From contig NZ_QLIR01000001.1 of the NCBI RefSeq assembly GCF_003428155.1, positions 60,001-92,000 of the forward strand: 32,000 bases of DNA, given 5' to 3'. This DNA is from Fastidiosibacter lacustris (GTDB taxonomy: Bacteria; Pseudomonadota; Gammaproteobacteria; Francisellales; Francisellaceae). Both the position numbers and the translations under genes were made by a program. Positions 26,361 through 32,000 of this stretch are shown here, piece after piece. Position 1 is the stretch's first letter. Every line of letters starts with the position of its first letter. The notes beneath the pieces were generated by a model. The model worked only from the letters and a program-made list of their open reading frames with translations, had not been told where the DNA came from and searched no databases.

Positions 26361-28187
26361 ATGAAAACAAGCCTAATAAAAAACAAAAGTGCGTGGATTG
26401 TATTTGCCTATGATGTAGGCTCTGCCTTATTTGCGTGGACTATTGTGCATGCGCTTATTTGGGGAAAAGTAAGTGGCTTTAGCGTAAGGCAATTTTTGTT
26501 CGTTGCCATTGCTTTTACTATATCAACAAAAATCTTTCGCACTTATGCCTCATTGTGGAAAACAGTATCTGCAGAGGATTTGAAAAGAAATATTTATTCA
26601 GTACTTTTTGGCTCAATCATTCTTTTGGGGCTGGAGTTTATTGCCAATAGAATGGCTTATGTGGCGCGTTCTGAGGCTGTTTTCTACCCTGCTTTGACAT
26701 TGCTCATTACACTTGCTGGACGATTTTTTTATAGGCAATACTTGCTGGGCTTAAGAAAAAGAAATGCAAAAAAAATGATTATCATTGGGGGTGGTGATGG
26801 TGCAAGCTTATTTTTACGTGAAAACGATGCACTCAACAGACCATATAATATTTTAGGGATATTTGATGATAACAAGGCATTGCATGGCAAGTTGCTTCGA
26901 AATAATATGATTGTCGGTCCAATTGATTTTCTAGCTAAGGAAAATTTTTTGTATAAGTATCCAGCCGATGAAGTTTTAATTGCTATTCCTTCACTGGATA
27001 AAATTAAACTGCAAGAGATATACCAGAAAGTAGCAAAGCTTGGTTTGCCCATCAAAATACTACCTTCCTTAATGGAGTTAACGCATGGTGCAAAATTTAC
27101 GGATCTTAAAGAAATTAAGATTGAGGATCTTTTGGGGCGTGATCAAGTTATTATTAATTATGAAAAATTAGCAAAAGCCTATTTAGAAAAAACAGTATTA
27201 GTAACGGGAGGTGCAGGATCTATTGGTTCAGAAATCTGTCGGCAGCTGTTAACAAACTCTCCTCCAAAAGTATTGATTATTTTAGATCATAGCGAATACA
27301 ATCTCTATTTGATTGAGAGGGAGCTAAGCTTAATTTCCCGCCAGACAAAGCTTAAATTTAGTTTAACTAGTGTTATGGATCAGTGCGGTCTATCTCACCT
27401 ATTTCAATCAAATAAAATTGATATTATTTTTCATGCAGCAGCCTATAAGCATGTACCATTATTGGAAGATCAACCGAAAATAGCGATTCAAAACAATATC
27501 ATCGGAACAAAAAATATGGTTGATTTGAGTCTTAAGCACAAAGTGGAACGGTTTCTTCTAGTTTCAACGGATAAGGCAGTTAATCCTACTAATGTCATGG
27601 GAGCGACAAAACGAATTGCTGAGTTATATGTCAATGCACAAAAAAATGAGCATACTAAGTTTATGGTGACACGTTTTGGCAATGTTTTAGGCTCTGCTGG
27701 AAGCGTTGTCCCTCTCTTTAAAGAGCAGCTGAAAAAAGGGGGACCGATTACCGTGACGCACAAGGATATTGAACGTTATTTTATGACCATTCCTGAAGCT
27801 TCTTTATTGGTTGTTTTGTCTTGTGCTATTGGAACAGGGGGTGAAACCTTCGTGTTGGAAATGGGGCAGCCTGTGAAAATAGTTGAACTTGCTGAGCAAA
27901 TGATCAAGCTATCGGGCAAAAAACCATATGTGGACATTGATATCCAATTTACAGGTTTGCGACCTGGTGAAAAAATGTATGAAGAACTATTCTACACAAA
28001 AGAGGAATTGAAAAGCTCAGGTTTTGATAAATTATTAATTGGTCGATCTATTCATTTAGAGCGTGAAAAAATAAATGGGATCCTGAAAACGCTTTGTACA
28101 GATGAAAGTAAGGAAGGGTTACTGAAAGTTATTGAGTCTTTGAATAGTTGTGATTTGCTTACAACGCAGACGCTATATGAATCATAA
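26361..28187 (+). CDS. Membrane-anchored UDP-GlcNAc 4,6-dehydratase (WbpM/PglF/CapD family)
   Basis: 608 aa. It has ~4 N-terminal TM helices, a first nucleotide-binding-like IIIGGGDGA, the SDR domain VTGGAGSIGSE, the FHAAAYKHVP catalytic region and VSTDKAVNPTNVMGATKR. Confidence 0.88.
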   Translation: MKTSLIKNKSAWIVFAYDVGSALFAWTIVHALIWGKVSGFSVRQFLFVAIAFTISTKIFRTYASLWKTVSAEDLKRNIYSVLFGSIILLGLEFIANRMAYVARSEAVFYPALTLLITLAGRFFYRQYLLGLRKRNAKKMIIIGGGDGASLFLRENDALNRPYNILGIFDDNKALHGKLLRNNMIVGPIDFLAKENFLYKYPADEVLIAIPSLDKIKLQEIYQKVAKLGLPIKILPSLMELTHGAKFTDLKEIKIEDLLGRDQVIINYEKLAKAYLEKTVLVTGGAGSIGSEICRQLLTNSPPKVLIILDHSEYNLYLIERELSLISRQTKLKFSLTSVMDQCGLSHLFQSNKIDIIFHAAAYKHVPLLEDQPKIAIQNNIIGTKNMVDLSLKHKVERFLLVSTDKAVNPTNVMGATKRIAELYVNAQKNEHTKFMVTRFGNVLGSAGSVVPLFKEQLKKGGPITVTHKDIERYFMTIPEASLLVVLSCAIGTGGETFVLEMGQPVKIVELAEQMIKLSGKKPYVDIDIQFTGLRPGEKMYEELFYTKEELKSSGFDKLLIGRSIHLEREKINGILKTLCTDESKEGLLKVIESLNSCDLLTTQTLYES

Positions 28188-28408
28188 AAATAAACAACAA
28201 ACCTATAATGAGTTGGTTAATTGGGAAACTGCAGCTAATATGCTGAGAGATAAATGTTCTGTAAAAGACATTTTATAACTTTATATTTTTAATGACAGAC
28301 TTATCAAAAGCCAAAAGCGCGCAAAATGCAAAGCGAGGAAGGTATAAAATGATTCGTAGGTGGGATATACTAGCGTATTACCTGAGTTTTCCTATGGATT
28401 GATCAAAA

Positions 28409-29827
28409 ATGCTAGGTGTTTACCAATCAGAAAATCTTCAAACGTTACTGAAACTGCAACAACAAGCATTTTTATTACAGCCCTATCCAGAGTTGGCATT
28501 TCGTAAGCAAAGGCTAAAGCGACTTTATGCTCGTATTTTATCTCATCAACAGCAATTGATGGAAGCAGTCAGTAAAGACTTTGGATTTAGGAGTCTTGAA
28601 GAGACTTGGTTAAGTGAGATTTTTCAAACAACCAGTACGATCAAATATGTACTTGCGAACTTAAAAAAATGGATGAAAAAACATAAACGTCGCACTTCGA
28701 TTATTTTTAAACCTGCTAAAAATTATATTTATTATCAGCCTTTGGGAGTAGTGGGCATTATTGTGCCTTGGAATTACCCTATTTTGTTAGCCTTCTCTCC
28801 TTTGATATATGCTATTGCTGCGGGTAATAAAGTTTGTATTAAACTTTCAGAATATACCCCACACACCAACGAGGTTATCAAACTCATTTGCCAATCCTGT
28901 TTTAACAGTGACGAAGTGGCAGTGATAACGGGAGAGGCAGATATGGCTCAAGCCTTTAGTCGTTTGGCATTTGATCATTTGTTTTTTACAGGCTCAACCC
29001 AAACAGGTAAAAAAGTGATGCAATCTGCATCAGCAAATTTGACACCTGTCACTTTAGAGTTAGGAGGAAAATCACCACTTATTATCGATAAGGATTTTCC
29101 ATTAGAGAAAGCAGTAAAAATGATTTGTTTTGCTAAAGGGTTAAATGCAGGACAAACCTGTATTGCACCAGATTACGTTTTTGTGCATGAAAAAATGCTT
29201 GATCAATTTATTGTAAAGATGCAGAAAGCGTTCAACGAAGTGTATCCAGAGTTGGATAAGAATCAACAATACAGCTCTATTATTAATCAAAAACACTATG
29301 AGCGATTGCAGGGATATCTAATCGAGGCAGAAGAAGCTGGAGTGAAAATTTTGTTCCTTTCAGATTATCATGGTCGTCGAGCAAACGATGTGCGTAAACT
29401 ACCCATTGTTTTGGTTGTGAATCCTAGTTTTATTTCAAATCTCATGCAAGAAGAGATTTTTGGTCCTATCTTACCCATCGTTACTTACACGGCTATTGAA
29501 GAGGTTGTGGATACTATTAGCCATCGTGATAAGCCATTAGCGAGTTATTTATTTAGTTATGATAAAGCTTTGCAAGAATATATTATCACACATGTAGCAA
29601 GTGGTGGGATGTGTATTAACGACGTTTTAAGTCATATTGCTCAACATGACTTACCTTTTGGTGGTGTGGGTGGCTCTGGTATGGGGCGTTATCATGGTAT
29701 CGAAGGGTTTAAAACTTTTTCTAATGAAAAAGCCATTTGTGAGCGCGGTAGAATAAACTTGTCTATGTTGCTCTATCCACCATATGGCAGAGTGTTTAGA
29801 TGGTTTCAGTCATTATTTAGTCGTTAA
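28409..29827 (+). CDS. NAD(P)-dependent aldehyde dehydrogenase (ALDH3/coniferyl-aldehyde-dehydrogenase-like)
   Basis: 472 aa with the catalytic Glu in TLELGGKSP, the catalytic Cys in NAGQTCIAPDY, FTGST, and EEIFGPILPI near the C-terminal third. Confidence 0.85.
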   Translation: MLGVYQSENLQTLLKLQQQAFLLQPYPELAFRKQRLKRLYARILSHQQQLMEAVSKDFGFRSLEETWLSEIFQTTSTIKYVLANLKKWMKKHKRRTSIIFKPAKNYIYYQPLGVVGIIVPWNYPILLAFSPLIYAIAAGNKVCIKLSEYTPHTNEVIKLICQSCFNSDEVAVITGEADMAQAFSRLAFDHLFFTGSTQTGKKVMQSASANLTPVTLELGGKSPLIIDKDFPLEKAVKMICFAKGLNAGQTCIAPDYVFVHEKMLDQFIVKMQKAFNEVYPELDKNQQYSSIINQKHYERLQGYLIEAEEAGVKILFLSDYHGRRANDVRKLPIVLVVNPSFISNLMQEEIFGPILPIVTYTAIEEVVDTISHRDKPLASYLFSYDKALQEYIITHVASGGMCINDVLSHIAQHDLPFGGVGGSGMGRYHGIEGFKTFSNEKAICERGRINLSMLLYPPYGRVFRWFQSLFSR

Positions 29828-29934
29828 ATAACAATTAGTCTTGAGGTGTAATGCAAAACAGCTAAAAGCGTTTGTTGAGCTAATCAAAAAGCTGTTATAC
29901 TTTGCGACAAATTTTGTAATTAATAATCTTAACG

Positions 29935-30483
29935 ATGTTAACTGATCATTTAAACCAAAAGATACGTAGCGTGAAATTACTTGTTCTAGATGTAGATGGT
30001 GTATTAAGCGATGGTAAAATTATCTTAAGTAATGATGGCAATGAGACCAAAAGTTTTGATGTTAAAGATGGCTTAGGTATGGTGTTGTTGCAGAAGTTGG
30101 GCATAAAAATAGCTGTTATTACTGGGAAAAGCTCGCAAATTGTACACAATCGCTTAACAGCGTTGGGTGTTCAAGATGTTTATCAAGGGCAAAAAAATAA
30201 GGTTACTGCATTTTCAGATTTGCTAGAAAAGTATCATTTGAGCACGGCTGAAGCAGCTTATATGGGTGACGATTTACCTGATTTATCTATTATTGACAAA
30301 GTATGTGTGTCTTTTGCACCACATGATGCAGTCCATATAGTAAAAGAAAAGGTAGATTACATTTGTACGCATAGAGGAGGGCACGGTGCAGTAAGAGAAA
30401 TATGTGATTTATTCTTACAGGCACATGACAAATATGACAAAGTCATAGCAGATTATATTGTACATGGTGAGGCAAAATTTTAA
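29935..30483 (+). CDS. kdsC: 3-deoxy-D-manno-octulosonate 8-phosphate phosphatase KdsC (HAD superfamily)
   Basis: 182 aa with HAD motif I LVLDVDGVLSDG, motif II ITGK and motif III GDDLPD. It lies directly upstream of lptC-lptA-lptB, and its TAATG overlaps the lptC start. Confidence 0.9.
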   Translation: MLTDHLNQKIRSVKLLVLDVDGVLSDGKIILSNDGNETKSFDVKDGLGMVLLQKLGIKIAVITGKSSQIVHNRLTALGVQDVYQGQKNKVTAFSDLLEKYHLSTAEAAYMGDDLPDLSIIDKVCVSFAPHDAVHIVKEKVDYICTHRGGHGAVREICDLFLQAHDKYDKVIADYIVHGEAKF

Positions 30484-31076
30484 TGTTTTTCAGTAAACGT
30501 GTCTTCTTTAGCACGATTGGTTTATCTGTTGTGGTTGGCTCAAGTGGTTGGCTTGTGGTTAAATCAGCGCAAGAGCAAATCAGTCATGGTGAGTTGCCTG
30601 CCCATTTTATTGAGAATACGGCAGAAGGATTACGTTATGAAAAATATGATCAAAAAGGATGGTTGCAGTACAGCCTCTATGCTAAACAAGGTAAACGGTT
30701 TTACAATCAAGATGCAGTGCTTAGTGAGGTTAATGCCGAGTTTTTTTCTAAAGATCAAAATGATAAACCTTGGTATATTACGGCAAACAATGCGGATGTA
30801 ACGAATAATAATAACAATATTCGCCTATATGGTAACGTCATTATGCAAAGACAAGCAAATGGTAACAGTTCACCTGCGATTAAAATAACAACAGAAATGA
30901 TTGATTATGACAATAATAAAGATGACTTAAATACAGATAAGTTAGTTACCTTTACTGAACCAGGGACCCCCAATAACACAGTAGGTTTAGGTTTAAGTGG
31001 CGCTCCTAAAAAGGGTAATTTTACATTATTGAAAAACGTGAGAAGTTATTATGCAGGACAAAATGCTAAGAATTAA
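30483..31076 (+). CDS. lptC: LPS export system protein LptC
   Basis: 197 aa with a single N-terminal TM anchor (FFSTIGLSVVVGSSGWLVV) followed by a beta-jellyroll-type periplasmic domain. It holds the conserved position between kdsC and lptA. Confidence 0.8.
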   Translation: MFFSKRVFFSTIGLSVVVGSSGWLVVKSAQEQISHGELPAHFIENTAEGLRYEKYDQKGWLQYSLYAKQGKRFYNQDAVLSEVNAEFFSKDQNDKPWYITANNADVTNNNNNIRLYGNVIMQRQANGNSSPAIKITTEMIDYDNNKDDLNTDKLVTFTEPGTPNNTVGLGLSGAPKKGNFTLLKNVRSYYAGQNAKN

Positions 31077-31800
31077 ATCATTGTTAATCATATTAAGTAT
31101 GGGGAGTTTCTTAGGTTTAGGTACGACTTACGCAGCACAAGAACGTACAATGGATGCAGCTAGCATGTTTGGTAAAGACGCAACAAATGATGGTCCCATT
31201 ACCATTTGTAGTGATAGCTTATCGTATAGCCAAACTGCACATAAAATGATTTATCAAGGTAATGTGCTGGTAATGCAAACAAAAGATGCCACCATCCAAT
31301 GTAGTGCCTATAGTGTCCCTGGAGATAAACAAAATGTACCTTCTTATCAGTTTCCAGTACAAGTGAATGACTATCTACAATCCCAAAAACAAGCACTTGA
31401 AATGGCAAAGCAAATTTGCCAAAAGCAAAAAGGGTGCAGATTCTTGACAGGTCAAACGTTAACCATATCGTTTGATCAACAAAACAATCAACTAACCGAT
31501 ATATTGCTGACAACAAATACCCCTTATACGGCAAAATTTTACTCATTACCTTTTCCTAAGGGAGGTGAGAAAACACAACCTCAGTCCGATCAGCAAACCA
31601 TGTATGCTGAAGGGCGTAAGATGAATTTTAATTTACAGACCAGTATATTAACGATTGAAAAAGAGGCTTACGTTGATCGAGCAGGGAATCGTTTTTCTGG
31701 TGATAAGGTGCTATACGACACTAAGAGTGGATTGGTTACCGTGCCAGACACTGGACAAAGGGCAACGGTTATTTTAAATAATTTAAACACAAAGAATTAG
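31063..31800 (+). CDS. lptA: LPS transport periplasmic protein LptA (OstA-like), with a ~45-aa insertion
   Basis: It has a signal peptide MLRIKSLLIILSMGSFLGLGTTYA/AQ and OstA-like blocks (PITICSDSLSY...MIYQGNVLVMQ and GDKVLYDTKSGLVTV), and sits between lptC and lptB. An alternative ATG lies at 31051. Confidence 0.75.
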   Translation: MLRIKSLLIILSMGSFLGLGTTYAAQERTMDAASMFGKDATNDGPITICSDSLSYSQTAHKMIYQGNVLVMQTKDATIQCSAYSVPGDKQNVPSYQFPVQVNDYLQSQKQALEMAKQICQKQKGCRFLTGQTLTISFDQQNNQLTDILLTTNTPYTAKFYSLPFPKGGEKTQPQSDQQTMYAEGRKMNFNLQTSILTIEKEAYVDRAGNRFSGDKVLYDTKSGLVTVPDTGQRATVILNNLNTKN

Positions 31801-31809
31801 CTCGAAAAA

Positions 31810-32000
31810 ATGACAGATACGAATAGACATAAACTTGTTGCAACACATTTGGGTAAAGCCTATCGTTCCCGATGGGTTGTCGTTGATGTGTCCATGGAAG
31901 TCAATAGTGGTGAAATTGTAGGACTCTTAGGACCAAATGGTGCTGGGAAAACGACTTCTTTCTATATGATTGTGGGTCTTGTTCGCCCCAACCGTGGTAC
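31810..32000 (+). CDS. lptB: LPS export ABC transporter ATP-binding protein LptB (N-terminal 63 codons; continues beyond the window)
   Basis: This gene is not in the ORF track because it runs off the window. My own translation is [63 protein letters not shown], which has the Walker A motif and the typical LptB N-terminus. It starts 10 nt after the lptA stop. Confidence 0.9.
   Translation, partial: MTDTNRHKLVATHLGKAYRSRWVVVDVSMEVNSGEIVGLLGPNGAGKTTSFYMIVGLVRPNRG

Noticed and set aside
1-32000. Search for transposases, integrases, IS inverted repeats, prophage genes, toxin-antitoxin pairs, CRISPR-cas and rRNA
   Set aside because: None of the translated ORFs shows recognisable motifs for these. 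The only mobility-like signals are the short direct repeats around 6741-8518, which are reported separately.

Overview
AT-rich chromosomal segment of gammaproteobacterial type; the taxon cannot be fixed from sequence alone. Nt 1-6513 are housekeeping genes: the mutL 3' end, trhO/yceA, tRNA-Val(GAC) on the minus strand, ettA, a class-I/II aminotransferase and a TauE/SafE permease. A ~620-nt decayed non-coding stretch follows. Next comes a single AlbA_2(Schlafen-like)/wHTH gene that carries a 12-nt x4 in-frame tandem repeat and is bracketed by a 39-nt imperfect direct repeat. Nt ~8550-28187 form one co-directional Wzx/Wzy-type O-antigen locus. It combines three modules: a WbpA/B/D/E set for a 2,3-diacetamido-2,3-dideoxy-hexuronic acid; a HisH/HisF/WbpG-like acetamidino module plus a second amidotransferase fused to its own class-II glutaminase domain; and a PglF/E/D/C-like set for a diNAc-bacillosamine-type priming sugar. 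The locus also holds two GT4 glycosyltransferases and an OafA-like acyltransferase interrupted by a single in-frame TAG. The right end carries an aldehyde dehydrogenase and kdsC-lptC-lptA-lptB; lptB is truncated by the window, and lptA carries an unusual Cys-containing insertion. I recognised no transposase, integrase, CRISPR array or rRNA. All functional calls come from motifs read in the supplied translations plus synteny; no database search was run.
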